The position numbers were made by a program, and so were the translations under genes. Of a stretch of DNA of 64,000 bases, positions 45,441 through 61,300 are shown one piece after another. Each line of letters opens with the position of its first letter. Positions within the stretch are counted from its first letter, which is position 1. The stretch is taken from the NCBI GenBank assembly GCA_040954595.2, contig CM082580.2, positions 5,012,783 to 5,076,782 on the forward strand. The letters run 5' to 3'. Below the pieces are notes generated by a model, which worked only from the letters and a program-made list of their open reading frames with translations, was not told the origin of the DNA and did not search any database. Origin of the DNA: Balanoglossus misakiensis (lineage: Eukaryota; Animalia; Hemichordata).

Positions 45441-48194
45441 CGCGCGGACTTACATGTATAGTGTGTGTGAGTCCACGTAGTCTGGTGCATGGCAGGTGCG
45501 TGCTTGCCAAGTTGCGTCAATCAATTCTTCCGCGAAATGCGCGAAAGCTCTCGTTCTGAAGTGTTTTGAGGCGTTGATTGCACAAGGCAACTGGGCGCAC
45601 ACCGAACAGTTATCACGAGTTGCACTTCGAGTTGTCCGTCAAGTTGCCTGCCGAGTTGCCTCGTCTTAGCGAGGACGTAGACTGAGAATAAAGATGACAC
45701 GCCCACATGGGTGGGAGTAATTTTTCACATTAAATTTTGCGAGAACTGCGCAAAATCGTAACGCGCGTCAAACAGATTTTTCAGCCATAAAAAAAAAAAC
45801 AGTCCACACACGAAATAGTCCGTTCAGAGTGTATTTTCCTGTTAAGAAATGTTGCATAAACGTCGACTACAACGATCGAACACTAAAATCTAATAAAAAT
45901 ACAATCATAAAATCAAAGCAAGGCAGAGTATATATAATTTAATGACTTTCTGCATTGTTTTGGTAACCGGTGAAGGTACTCTATACATTTGTATCGGAAG
46001 TCATAATCGAAAACTTCGTGTGATCTCTTTCCATGACCAAGAAGTCTGTTTTACAAGAGTATCAACACAAACTGTACGTCATCCCATATAGATACTCGAG
46101 AAGACACTATAGAGTGTCTATATAGCTGCGTATTAAGGCGACTTCACTTCATTGCGGGTTTTTCATCTCAACATCAACAGGTCGGCGATCGGACGTCTAT
46201 TCCCTTTCAAAGCGGACACCTTTCGGCAATTTCAGAGACCTGGTTATGAAAACAATTCTGATTGTCGTTGCTTGAAGTGCCACCTAGCTAATTGACACGT
46301 GTAGTGTGTCTTAAAGTTCAAAGCGTTCGCCCCGTAATCCCTACGGACAACTGCTTAATCATGACGTCTGGCCAGGAGGCGTTATGGAATCGTAAGTTTT
46401 ACCAAGAACGAAAATAGCAACATGGATCTTCGTATTGCTTCATGCAACTGCCGTTCTGTCAAGAACCCATCACCCAATGCACTTCGTGATCTCTGTGAAA
46501 GTCATAACATACTAGCATGCTTGTTACGAGAACATTCTTGCTGACAGATGATAACATATTATTCTTACATGATGAGAAATTACATCAGGTCCAATAATCA
46601 TTACCATTCAAGGTAAGCTAATTACCAGATCCAAGGAATAAATCAGAGAAAAAAATGACAATTTCAACAGGATCGTCTAGAACCACTGCTACGTACTAGT
46701 GCCAGGCGTCCAGAATGGGTAAGTGTACCCTGCTAGCATGCTACACCCGTCAAGACTTGACAAATTCAAGTGAAATTTGGCTTAACTACCAAATCAATGT
46801 TGCAAGTCAAATACGGGAATGCTGTCACTCGTCATTCGAGTAACAGACGTGTCATATATTGGAAACAACATCACTATGTCTACCATACAACTTCTTAAAT
46901 GATCGAACCATTCCGGTTTTGCGAAATCCTTGTTTCACAGGCTCTTTTCGCTACTGAGTGCATTTACATAAATGAAAAAGACGACGCTGACATTGAAACG
47001 ATTTTTCAATCAGGCAAAACGATCGAAGAAAGCCGTTTAATACCTTTCTGCCGTAGGCACTGAAGTGTCTCCTTGAGTATCTATATGGGATGACATATAG
47101 TTGGATTTGAATGTCTTGTAAAATAGAGTTCTCGGTCGTAGAATGAAACCCTTATATTGCTGATAGCAATTTATGACTTCCAAGATTTTTTTTCTTTTCT
47201 TGCGTACAATCTTTCATTCGCTGCTTCAAACCAATCTCAATGATAGGTCGGTGACGCATTTTCCCCTTCAAAAAGTGGACACGTTTCGGCAATTTCACTT
47301 TCAGAGACGTCATCTGGTTTATATGAAACACTTTTTGGTCTTGAACTGCCATCTTGCCACTTACCATTAACGCGTCAGTCAGTGGTCGTCAGATGCCAAA
47401 GACACGAGTCGCGGATTTACTAACTGCTCGTCGTCAGAATCACTCTTTGTCGACGCTGCCATTGTCGAGACAAGGGTCGTTGTGGCTGTTGTGCATGGGG
47501 CGTGGTACACTTGTGTATTAGAAACCAAACACTGGTTCAAAACTGTTAACCTTTTAGAAACAAAAAACCGTGCACACTGGTTGTAATATTAACGTCAATG
47601 TCAAGGGTTATTCAAACGTACCGACTTCCTTTATGAGCCTCTTCAATTATCAGTTTCAACTCAATATTTCGACAAGAGTGAGAGGACTCTCCAGCATATC
47701 ACAATAGACCACATGATAACCATTACAGATTACCATTGTTGCCAGAATGCAGACTCCCGTGGTTTTTTTCGCTACGTGTGGAACATAGTGAAAAACAGAG
47801 GAGTCTGGTTTCTAGAGAAGTACATTGTATATCCACTTATCATTTCAGAACATCCACAAATATCAAGAATTTTGTGATGAATGTGTTTTATGCAACATCG
47901 AAAATGTACGTCTCAAAAGTTAGCTCATATTTTGTGAAGGGCAAATGATTTCATTCTGCGCCCCAAAGCAGTTGTGTTCGACGCGATTGCGCAGCTCCTG
48001 TTTTCTGGAACGGTCGTCTTCCATTTATATGCAGGTATCAGCTGTTCCCATTTATAAGTATTCGCCGTTCCCTTCAACCCGCCTTCTCATTTTTGCTCAA
48101 GGTAACTTAAGATTATTCTTTCTCAAAATTTAGAATAAAAACTCTGACCCCCAGGGTTCTCCCCAGCCTGCCTTGAGTGCTGGCTACTCATTAA

Positions 48195-48483
48195 AGCGCG
48201 TAGCTCGTCTCACGCGCATGCGCGTAACTTCCCAACAAATTTTCCTTTCGATGCATTCAAATAGTGGACTGCCTTCGCTTCCTTCCATATTTCATGCGCA
48301 CCGTATAAGTAGATTCTGGTTTTGTCCCTCCTTTTCACCCAAGCTAGTGTCTTTTTCTCCGACACAGATATGATCGCCGCCATCTTATGTGAGCACTGCC
48401 TTATGGGATTGACTAGACTGTTCACTAAACGTCTGTAACCAGCGGCTACAGTTGGAATATGCGTGAGAGACGAGCTACGCGCT
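48195..48483. mobile_element. TTAA-flanked MITE
   Basis: TTAA|AGCGCGTAGCTCGTCTC...GAGACGAGCTACGCGCT|TTAA. Confidence 0.75.
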
Positions 48484-50185
48484 TTAATATTCATGTACAT
48501 CAATATTCATACTATTAAAATTGTTTGCTTGCTTTTTCACTTGAGTGCTGGTCATGCCCGACCACTGCCGAGCAACGTTGGGAGAACTCGGCCACATGGA
48601 GAGGTCTCACATGGTCATATCTGAACAAATAACAAATACATGAAATAGTCTCCTAGGAATGTCATTAAATGTTTTGACGAAAGTCATCCGATTTTATTCA
48701 TATGTCCTCAAATTACACGTTTTTACACCGTAATTTGCAAACATCCAAAGTCAAAACTACAATTTTTTACTCCAATGCTTTTTACACTGAGAAAATAGTA
48801 AAGCCTCTGTCAGTGATTATAGTCAGTTATTATCATGTCCTCTTGTTCTCACTGATTATGCATATTATGTCTATCTTAATCAGTAAAGACGCACACATAC
48901 TTTATAAAAGCTTTTTATAAGTATTTGTTCATATCAGGAGGCATTTTTGGATGCACCCTGATATATTATTTGTACACTATTTTATTGATACTGTAAAATC
49001 CGTCAATTAAGCTCCACCGATGTTCGGTGCCGGGCAGAACCGACTTTGTTACATTTATCGCTTGATAAGTGCCAGCAAAAGACAGTCGCATGGGGGTTGT
49101 TTGTTTATACGCAATCTTGTTTGCGACTGTGGCAAAAGACTAGAAAATCTTAACAACATCCTGACAACAATGGAAATGTGCATGATATATGTAAGCATTG
49201 TTGGTTTTTGAAACATTGTTGCAATGTGTCAGTAAGTTGGATACATTGTATCAAATAAACGTTTTGCATATGAATAAACCTGTTACCCCAGGAAGGAAAG
49301 TGCAGTGGCCAATATAAGCACCACTTGGGACACTTCACTGAAGGTTGTATAGTGGAGCTTACCTGAAGGAAAACACAGTACACGTCTTGTAGAAACCAAC
49401 ACGTTACCTCCGTCTAGTGGACAGCAACATGCGATAAATATCATCCACTTTAATCGAATGTGCAATTATGTGTGGTGATGTTTAAGAATGCATTTCAACA
49501 TGTCCAGGTGATAAAATAAACACCTTCTCCGCATCTGACAAAAAGAAAATCTATGCAATAGACTGCACATGTGTCATATAGGCATTTGTCTTTGTCAGAG
49601 GCAGCATTCATTTTTTCACCCGGACACAATGAATCTCCAAAAGACAGGTCAAAGAGAGAAGTCAACACAAAGTGTGAATAACAGTCAGTTATATATATTT
49701 ACATCATTGTATTAAAAATTTCCTAATATTGCAGCCAATTACAATTTTGTAGTTTCTGCTGAAATCATGGATATTTTGTTATAAATTATTAATACGGTAA
49801 TGTGGATTCTGTATAATTTGCACAAGATTAATTTTGAGATACTGCAACAAAATGACAAGATAATGTATTTACAATTTAAGCGTGCATACACTCTGAGTAC
49901 ATGCATGCTTTTAACCCTTTTCAGCCTGACCACCTGATGACCTGTGATGTCATTTGAAAGTTTTCTTCAAAGTCAAGGGCAAAGGGGAATACAGAAGAAT
50001 ACAAAACAATGTACACCTTAGAAAGTTGTAAACTAGGACGGTCGAAAATTTGCTTCTACAGCAACACAACACACTTTGCTCTGAATAATTAAAAAAAAAT
50101 ACTGCACTACAGAGAGTTGGGGACACTCGCGAAGTAGACGATCACCTATGTACAAAATTGGGAAAGGTCAAAGTTCATGTGCCAT

Positions 50186-52332
50186 CTACGAGGAACCAGC
50201 TTTGATGATCTTGAATAATGCTTGGATGTTGTTGTTTTTAATGGCCGACCGGCACGAATTGATGACTTGTGTCTTGTATTTACCCACTGTGCAGAAAAGA
50301 AAAAAAAAAACAAATTTAAACAATAGTAAAATTCAAAAGTAAACGACATCACCGCTGAGTGAAAGGAGGGCACAACAGAATAAATCATTGCCAGAAATAG
50401 TAAACCTGGCCCATTTTTGAAACATGCGTATTTGACCCTACAAGATGAACCAAGGTATTACAGTATAGACCAATATTACTGAGAATTTAGAAAGATATTT
50501 GATTTTTGACAGTACGCCGCAATGTATTCCAGAAGTAAGTTTATAAATTTGTTCCTGAATTTTACTGTGTCAGTTGTAAAGTTTAAAACTGACTTGGCCG
50601 CAACATCTAACAGACGAAAAACAACACAGAAACAACAAAATGTCTGCAAACTAATTTATTGTGTGCTGAGGAGCCTTATCGACAGATATCAGTTTCACTT
50701 GTGTTGTTTTAAATTGGTTTGTACAATATTTACTTGTAGAAGTTGCCACCAAGTCAGTTTACAACTAACATAAAAATTAAGGGAAACAATTACAAACCTA
50801 TTCTAGTATTAAAGTAAGTAATATGTACTGTCTTCAAATTCTCAATTCTCAGTTTTTAGATTGTTACACAAGTATTAAAAATGGTCAACAAATACTCACC
50901 TCTTAGTCTTCCCGCTTTCTGTATCGTCTGATTGACAAGCTTGAGACAGTTGAGCAGTTCATTGTGATTGCTGCAACGGATTTTATATCCATTGATCAAA
51001 TCTCGATTCAAGTCGTACAGTTCCATGTAACCCTTCCTCATGTTCTTCCTGTTATATGAAACAAACAAACAAACAAACAAACATTAATTAAATTTGGCTC
51101 TTTACTTACCACTTGGCAATACGAAAAAGAATTTGTTGACCCACTTGTCTGGCAGCTCAAAAATTACCTGTAACTGAAACTCCAGACTTGGTTGCTTGTA
51201 TCAACTTGAGACAGCCGCAGTATTTGCAACAAACAGACTAACCTATTTTCCATCACAAGGCCAAAAATACTCAGAAGTTTAATCCAGTATTGCACACGCA
51301 AAACTTTGTGTCTTTCGATCAAAAATGCCTTTCTAGCATGCCGTGGGCAAAGCAAACCCCATGCAAAATTTTAAACATGGATTTTCGGTTCGGCTAAATC
51401 TACACATGATTTGCAGACTTGAATCCCTTTGCACACTCCTGTACTGTGACCTGAACTTGAGGTTTTTAATGGGAACATTCGACGATTGAGCCATGTAACC
51501 TTTGTCTCCGAAGTCTAGTACAGCGGCTACATATGATAGTCTCCTAACAATGCATCAATTCTCCATCACAAACCGTTTATGGGATTATATGCCCAGGGTG
51601 TGATACTCTGGCATTTAAATATTCACAAGACCCCCTGCAGGGGATGGAGGCACCACTTACATGTCTCCCATCAATCTGGCGTCTTCCGCTCGGACGACTA
51701 AGCTACGTATGAGGTTGGAATGGTCGGCCATTTCCGCCGTCAACTTCTGACGTACTGCATGGAACTCGTCAACCTGCATTGAGAGAAACACATCAAGTGG
51801 AGGTGACCATATACACCTTTGAAACGAGTGAAGTCTTTTCTTTGTTCAACAAAGAAAAAAAAGTGCAACTGTCATGTTTTCATAAAAATCACTTATTTCA
51901 ATTTTTACTATAGAGTTACAACAGAGATTAGCTGCCATTTTAAATTTCAAATTTGAGACAACTTTGCTCTCAATTTCAAAATTTCGTAAGGTATAGTCTA
52001 ATTTTTATTCTCAATTTTAAGAAAGGATAATCTAAAGTCACTTTGAGTGCTCTGTTTTTCAAGACGCTAGTACTTTAATGAAGGTCTTGTGAACGACATT
52101 GTGCTTATCGACTGACGCATGATAATTATGAAGGTGTATATACTCATGGATGAAACATATCAGATGATTTCAACCTTTAACAGGAATATCAATTTCAATG
52201 CTTCTACTTGTCTCCCCAAGCATAGAATTACGGGCCTGACACTTTGAAGTTGTCTATTAGGATCAAGTCTAGATCGAGTATCCAGCTGTGTTTTGTCTGG
52301 TTTGCTCCAAAACTATCATCTTGCCTTCTCCA

Positions 52333-52369
<37 letters not shown>

Positions 52370-55300
52370 CCCCGGCCCAATTAAACCCAATACCCCTTGC
52401 TGAGAATTGCGATGTCACTACTGCCCTTGAATTTGATCATAGGAACTGAACAGTGTTGATTGGGTGTAAGATCATAGTGAAGGCAGGGCTGATTACATTG
52501 AAAATGTTACCCATCCTTAATCGCACATATGTGTATCCTTTGTCTAATCATTGGAAAGACAAAAGTCTGTGATTGACTTCAAGGGGATGCTGTTTACGTC
52601 ACAATTCCCAACAAGGAAAGATTTGAAGGAAAGTGGACTAAACACACCTAGATACATGTACATGTACTAGACTAATTAGAATCTGTTGATACTGAATGTA
52701 CCGGTAACGATTTACTCTGTTTGGCAAGTGATACCATGCTTTTATGCAGTTCTCATAATACACAATGTGAATACTGTAAAACGAGAAATTTTTGCGATTT
52801 CAAAAGAGGCAACTGTTACGCAATGATTAATTTCCGTGTTCTCGTATTTCTCTGCTATTTCTCTGATAAACAAATTTACACTTTTTATTTTTGCGTTTTT
52901 TTTTGGCTCTCGCAAGATTCACAAAAATTTCCTGTTTTACAATATCACTTTTGCAATGCATCACTGTTATGTACTTGTATCTATTACCTCTTGATTTTTT
53001 GAGGTCAGCCCTACACATCAACACGTAATGAATACTGTAAAACAGGTCATTTTCGCGACAGGTAACTTTCGCGATATCAAGGGAGGCAACTGTTGCGCGA
53101 GGATTAATTTTCGCGTTCTCTTATTTTTACTGGATAGTTACCTCCGAAAAAACATTTCACACGACTTTTTATTTTCACGTTTTTTTGTCTCTCGCGTATT
53201 TTTATTGCTCGCGAAAATAACCTGTTTGACAGTAATTTGCTTACAACACCACAGTGAGCTTGTTCAGCCAGCGACTTAGGGGCACACTGGTCAACAGTCG
53301 GTCAATATGGCCAGTACGTCTTGCAGGAATTTACATCATTTATGCCACTTATATCTATTACCCACTGTAGACCGGACATGGTTGCCGTGACAACCGTTGC
53401 CTGGTAACTTCATTACTCTTAGCGCTCATAGACTTGCATCAAATCGAAGTTGATCTTGTTAACAGCTCAACAATTACTGCCGATGATGGTATAAATTAGC
53501 CTAATTACCATCATCAGCAGTAACAATCTATGTAATCATGTATACCAGAGAAACCAAGGAGACCAGTTAGTTTTATATGACGTGTATTTACGGCATTCAA
53601 GGTCTATAACTAATTGTTGTAAAGTTGTTTTTCTTCTGGAGCTCAAGGTAGTCAAGGGGTAAAATTGTCGATTTAGGGTGAAATTGGCACCATTACCAGA
53701 TAACTACACCTCAGTGGAGTCTACTATTCTTCCATCAAAGCATCAGTAATCTCAACATCTCATTAAACCAATTAACAACTGGGCCACTTTTTTGCCTGAA
53801 AATGCTAATAATTTGCCGCTCTTTCCTGAGTAATCAGCATGTCATCTCTTCAACAACACAAACCGGATGAAAATGAGTGGGCAGGTTTGAGACCTTGTAT
53901 TGTATTTTCACCGATAAAAGTGACAAGTTAAGACTTTATATTTTCTTTAATAAAAGTGAAAAGTTCAGACTTTGTATTTTCACCAATATAAGTTTAAAGT
54001 TCAGACCTTATATTTTCTTCAATAAAAGTGAAAAGTTCAGACTTTTTATTTTCACCAATATAAATTTAAAGTTCAGACTTTGTATTTTCACCAATAAAAG
54101 TTTGAAGTTCAGACTTTGTATTTTCACCAATAAAAGTTTAAAGTTCAGACTGTATTTTCACCAATAAAAGTTTAAACTTTGTATTTTCACCAATATAAGT
54201 TTAAAGTTCAGACCTTATATTTTCTTCAATAAAAGTGAAAAGTTCAGACTTTTTATTTTCACCAATATAAGTTTAAAGTTCAGACTTTGTATTTTCACCA
54301 ATAAAAGTTTGAAGTTCAGACTTTGTATTTTCACCAATAAAAGTTTAAAGTTCAGACTGTATTTTCACCAATAAAAGTTTAAACTTTGTATTTTCACCAA
54401 TAACAGTGAAAACTTTCATACAGTTTCAGGTTAAAATTCATTGTATGTGGTTTTACCTTGAGAAGGACATTCTTGAGTTCCTCCATGTGCATCGGGAAAT
54501 CAGCTGTGACTTGGAGATCTTCGATGCCCAGGAAACTGGCCAAGGCCTGGATGATATCGCCGGCTAGGTCCATGTCATCAGTTCTCAGTGTGACCTGCCA
54601 TACACATTGTTGAATTAGAGTTATTAAAGGGACACAGTCACTCTTTTTTTATCATTCTGTGATATCAAGAATACATAGAATCCTTGAATAAAGTCAAAAT
54701 AATGTATGAATCATAACTTTGCAGTATGTATGGTATAGAGATAATTTTGTTTGTGAGTTGCAGACAAAATTCCTACTTTCATAATTACTTGCATTTCTTC
54801 GGTAAATAAACATTGCCACAGAGCATGTATCTATATGAGAGCCACCGATCTCATTACAATGGCCTGCATGTAGTCTAAATTTACGTAAATATTGTAATGG
54901 CCCACTTTCTGTAACTGTGTGCATTCAGGCATTTCCCACTCTTTTTTTGTAACAACGGGAGACGGGTAGCTACCTGACCGTTTTGTTCCATCTTCATGAA
55001 CAATGGTCCCGAACCCCTGAGAGACATAAATCCTGCATTCAGGGATCCTTCAACAACAAGGTCTTCAGGCAAGAGATAGTTCTGATTGATCCACATGACC
55101 ACCTGAGGGAGAAATTGGACAGGGTGATCAGGATAGCGCCCCCAGCGTTCAACTATGACTATACACCTTATCGTAATGTGATAACGTTGATGATAGCGCC
55201 CCAGTGTTGAATAGTGTCTACACTTCTACTGAACTGACAACTGTACAGTTTCAATAGATTACAGCTTTTAAAAGTACAGTTAAAATAAAACTCAAAAGCA

Positions 55301-58300
55301 TTTCCTGGTGTAATGTGGAAATTCTCAAATGAACTAAGATTCAACTCGTGTCTTGTGTATTGCCTGTGTATTATGTAGAAAGCATGGGAATTCATGCATA
55401 TCAGTTCTGATACTTACCCTCTGAACTCTCTCGTTGATGGTGAACACAACTGAGCTCTTCGGCTCTGGCACCTGGTCGGAGCACGGTATGTACATAGAAA
55501 ACCTGGGTAGCTGCCTGGTCAGTTCGAAGACGTGGAACTGCATGCTGTAATGATCGCACAGATAAATGTTCTTAGGTTAATACTGTGTTGGAATACGGTG
55601 AAAACCTGACCACTTGCTACAACAGGTATTTGTTGCAAATTGCCACAGCAAGAAATGGATTTTTCAGTGACCATGGAATGTGTGGTCACACACGTACATA
55701 AACACTTCTACTGCAATGACATCTTTGCGTTCAGAAATCCAGTGTGGTCAAAAAGCATAATGTCTTGGTATATGATAATACATGTGATGCAGTTGGGAAA
55801 TGTAATAAGATTTGTTGAGGGCACTTTTGAATGCAATTTGTTTTCGGAGAAAACAAAAGACTTCTGATTAAACCAGATAATCACTCAAAGACTTCTCTGA
55901 GATTGTTCACACTTTCCACATTTGAGTAAAATGTTGAGGTGTACTTATATCATTACTAGTATTGTTTGAAGTATACCAAGAGTGAGAGGGAGAGATAAAC
56001 CTGAGACGATACCTTGATTTATATCCCACAAATGCCTTGATATGTAGATCGACCTGTACGTCCTTGGGTGGTACGATTGGAACTTTCAACGTGTTGGTTA
56101 AGTTACTGTTATTGGGATGCCTGGATAAAAGAACGAAAAAACGCAAAATTTAACACCCATTGAAGAGCTATGTTTAACCCTTTCACCCCCAGTTCCCTCT
56201 TTAGAGGTCCAACCTTACCATAGAAAACAATGGATTTGGACTGAACCATGGTGGTGAAAGGGTAAATGTTGACACAGCAGTATATGGCCAGTTTTTGAGA
56301 TTTGAGCATTAGGGTAGTGTCATTGACATTGTCCATCTTTTTTTGAATGAAATGTCACTGTGCCTTTCAAAACCTATTTGGTTACAAATTTGGCAATCAC
56401 TTGCGCACAATTAAGACAATATCATCCATTTTTGCAATTGTAAGTTTTTTTTATGTATTTGATTCTGGATCTGGCCATCACACATGGACATAGACTGTTA
56501 GTGCAACTGGTCGTCAACTGGCCCTGTTGAGACAAGACTACCACTGACAGATACAACGCATACATCAACAACACAGTTATCTGTCCACAACATTGAATGG
56601 TGCATAGCAACTTACACAACGTGACTCTCTCCATCAAAGATACCTTCCGCAAATATCAACACAGCTCTCAAGACGGTGTCGTTTGTTGTGGAGACGCACA
56701 ACTCCACATGTGGCTGTAAAAAAGGGGAGAAACACAAATCCATAACAAAATATCTACTTCTTCTTGCTGGCAAGTCTGACTATTTTCCGAATTCTTTGTT
56801 AAGGTTTGTTTAAGGTTCAGAGAGAAAGTCACTGTACATAAGTTGCCACCATAATTAAAAAAATATATATTGTATTTAGCTTTTCAATACATAGGTCTGC
56901 ACTACCACCATAGTGTATAATAACCAGAAAATCTTCATTATTTTTTTTTAATTCTTTCTACAGGTATTCCCCTGTACACGGTGAGTAGTCTCGTCTTGTC
57001 ATTGAACACAATGGGGTTATTTACCGTAGTTTGCCGGGTAAGAGCCCCTGCTCGGACAAACGCCCCCCCTGGTTTTAGGGCCCATTTGTAGATCGAGGCC
57101 ATATCCGGTCTAAAGCCCCCCCCCCCCGGCCGAATATCCATTAAATTCTTGGAAATTTAATAAAGTGCAATGCAAAAAAGGCGGATTTTCATCCCCAAAG
57201 TCACTAAAAGTGAAAAAAAAAATGTATGATGATTTACTTTCGCGCTGATTATCGTACCCACCGCGGCCGACTGGCCACGCTGAGTTATATATAGCCGCTC
57301 TAGAAAACATGACCTCAGACAGGTCCCTCGGGACCGTGCCTCGAATACAACGATCACGTAGATGGACGCGCTGCCGCGTGTGAGGTCACCGGGGAGCTTT
57401 CCAAAGCGGCCGCGTGGAGCTGCTTCAGTCCGTCCTCGACGCGAAACACCCAAGATCCCGACTTGGACTCGGAGAATGAACCACTCAAAAATTTGCATAA
57501 AAGTCGAGGTGGCCATCCCTCATTTGCATAAATCTCGAGGCCATATCCGGGCTGAAGCCCCCCCCTGTTTTTTCGCTAATCTGTTGGCCCAGCACCCGGG
57601 GCTCTTACCCGGCAAACTACGGTATACTAAAGCAAAGAGGTGGGTAGGCGTCATTTTCAAGGTCAATACGTTACCGCAGGATATACCGGTATAAATCGGA
57701 GATCATTTCTCTGAGTCAGTGTGTTCTGCTGATGACACAAAAGCCCACCCTCTCTCAGCGTGCTCCGTGTTATGTGACAGAACAATAGAACTTCCGCATA
57801 CCGATTTTCCGTCCGTGCCAGGATTCACCATGAGGGACGTTTGCAGCTGCGTGTTGGCCGGAATGATTCCCATCTGCTGCGAGTCGAAGTCTTTGGGTTG
57901 GTTGCCCATTTGGCCCGCCTGCCAGTGAAAATTAACAGACAATGAGGGGGAATTGATCAGATCATTTTGAAGACGGGAAACGAAGCAGATGAATATCCGC
58001 CGCGGCCGAGAGAGAACTCAAGGTCACGGTGCATCGGCGGAAATGTTCCTGTTCTGTGATTAAAGATCGAGACAATAGCCAGAAAAGCACCTGCCCATTG
58101 TCATTCATTTTCAACATTCAATGTCTCTGCCTCGAACAATTTCCTACAAAGCTCTATTATCTTTTTTCTATGCCTAATATTCCTGGTGTTATTGCTGTAA
58201 AAGCCCTCTCGTTTTTGCTTAAAGCCCAATGAGGTGCCAAATTTCACATATTTTCTTTTCCACCATGACATTCAAAAATTAGATTGAACTTTAATACTGC

Positions 58301-61300
58301 AAATAGCAACAGTCCAGTCTTTGCTCAAACTGCATAAATTAAATCAACATCATCTAACGTGACCCTTGCTATCCCCCATCCACTCACCCTTGCATTTTCT
58401 TCATAATTTTTCAATTCCAAGAGCAGGTTTTGTTTTCTTTGGCTGAGTTCCCTGATTGTGTCTTGTTCAACGTTGGTATTCATCAGGTTACCCTTCATGT
58501 CTTTGGTGGCCGGGAGGTATCCACGCACTGAGAGAGAAAAAAAAAAGAAAATACAATGGAATTAATGGTTTTATTTTTTATTTTTGCGAGCAATTAATTT
58601 TCACCAAATACGCGAGAGCCAAAATAGCGTGAAAATAAAAAGTTGTGTAAATTTTTTTTGAAGATAACGATGCAGTGAATGAAATAAGAGAACGCGAAAA
58701 TTAATACTCGTGAAACAGTGGCCTCTCTCGATATCGCGAAAAATTTAACTCGTGAAAATAAAGTGTTTTACAGTACATCGTTTCCCGTTTTAAATACCCT
58801 TCTCACATTTTCTCTCAAGTCTTCTTATTTCTTCCCTCTTTTATTCCATCAATTTCCACACTTACCCTCGCCATCAATGGAACAGCAAATGAGGGCCTCT
58901 TTGCCATCCATCCTGTAGTCCCCTTCCACTATGCCGGCCACGGACGTGGCAAAGTTGTCCTTGAACACCACCTCTCCTGTCCTGTCGCTCCTGGCATCAA
59001 TCTGATGGCAAATCAAACAAGCACAGTGTAAGCACACAAAGTATGTGTTTTGTGACAGACCCCAAAGAGCTCACCATCTATACAGACATATGGCTGTGAC
59101 ACACAAGCACATTGTCCGTTTCTGCAATTTCCTTGCATGCGCACACATGTAGACGATTTCCAGATAAATGTTGTTGTAACTGTTTCCTGGCAGGGTATCA
59201 GTACGAAAACACTCACCCAATAACATGCGCCTTTATGTATCTGTGCACCTTATGCAGCCAATCATAGCTCAAAACACTTACAGACGTATGGTGTCCAACA
59301 ACAAATTATGCATATAGTATAATACCATATGCATAATGGATACATTGAGATGATCAACAATGCACTTATACCTTTCCATTGCTCCATCCGGTGATCAATT
59401 CTGCGACGCCGTCACCGTCAAGGTCAAAACTTCTGATTGTAATTGCATGATTCTTGGACTGTGCACAGAAAAGGGGATGGGATGGGATGGGAAAAACTGT
59501 TAGCGATGACTCACTTAATTGTTTTTAGACAAATCGGTCAAACGAAAGGACACATGAACTTATGGAACAAGTTAAATCCACGTGCAAGTCACAGAATCTG
59601 ATGGTTTTCATAATGTCAATTTCATCATCAGTATGCATTCTACAACAGCAGCTAATTAGAATGACACCCTCACCTTTATCCTCCAGAATCGCGACGTTCT
59701 GTCGTACACACCCACAGTGCCATTGGCCAAAGAGTAACCAAACCTCCCATTGGTCATTGCACAGAGCGATGATATCGCCTGAAAATGAAAATAATTAGTG
59801 AACTCTCAAACATCGGTAACCCAAACATTCGCTTACAAAACTCAATATGGCAAATGGACAAAAAAACAATGCATGGATGATTAATCCAGATGGTTATTGT
59901 CCTGATATTGTGTTTATAAATTCAGCCATAGGGTAAACCTGAGCCCAAACAAAGTACAGTCAAACGGCCTTGACCATGGAAAATGAATATGGAAACGTTA
60001 GTGACCACCTCTATATAGTGGCCAATTGTTCTGTCTATTAAGACCACCTGTCTATAAAGGCCAGTTTGGTAAAGTCCCTTGATTGGCCACTATAGACAGG
60101 TTTGACTGTATTTTAATACCACATCTGAGATGAAGCCAGGCTCTAGGCTCACGCTTCAGTTTTCTGGGAGATATAAAATGCAGACTTTAAATTACCTCTG
60201 TCTCTGTCATTTCAGCGATGATTTCGTCTTCATGAAAGACTCTGATGTCATAATCTTCGGAGCCCACCAGAAGTTCCTTCTTACCATCGCCAGTGAAATC
60301 GCACAATGCAAGTGAACACACATTGTCACCTGTCACCTACAAAATTCGAGAAATTCAAAAACCGTGTCATTGATGTTATTCTGTGTAATCACATGGTTGC
60401 CTTTCTCTGAGTTGAATATTGTACGGGTCCAAACAAAATTTGAATTCAAGTCCAGACTAGAATTTGTCAACAATAACAATGGCCGTCACACGCAGGCTAT
60501 GTTGACAAGCGAAGTACTGGGTATATGAGCATGCTGTTTGGAGTAGAGGAAGACATTGCATTAGTACGCAGAACAAAAATAACAGCTAAAAGTTACAATT
60601 AAATGTCCATGTAACTTTCAGGAAAGATGGCTTTCTTGATTACAGTAAGCTAAATAACAACTGTCCATTGATATTCATGGTTTACAACTTACAGTCCAGA
60701 AGAGGTCATTGCCCTCTACATCAAAGCCTTGCAGGGCACAGTTGCCCCCGATGATGGCAAGCGGTGCTTCGATCGTGCCCAGATGACCCATCACTATGGA
60801 ATTAACACCATCCGGTATCTACATGTAGAAAGAGGAAACATACATCATATGAAAATGAAATGGATGCGTACGAGAGATGGTCAGCCAATCAAAACACCTA
60901 CTAATGTAATTTTACAAGCCACCTTTGGAGGCTGTCCCCACTTTGTAAAACAATGTGACAGTATCTTGTTTACAAAAACTTGTGTTCAGATCAGCAATAC
61001 ACATTGGGGCACCCGCCCCTTCATCTCATGTGTTTATTTTAAGTTGTTTGATACATTTCTATATAGAGTTCAGTTAAGACAGATATGGACAATTCATTTA
61101 CTGGTACAACTCAGCAATTAAAATTACTTCTCACTACTGATACAAAGCAACCTGAAATAAATATACCACTTACGTCTTTGTAGAAGAGATCCGTGTTGTT
61201 CTGCACATCGTATGCCAAGAGATTTGTCTGTGTTCCCACCACCAGCGTGTCCACGGTGGTATTGGGTTTCATTGGCCCCGCAGCGAGAGCGCTCACCCCC

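Noticed and set aside
52335-52368. Poly-C tract as a functional element
   Set aside because: Simple intronic homopolymer with no supporting context; length may be a sequencing artefact.
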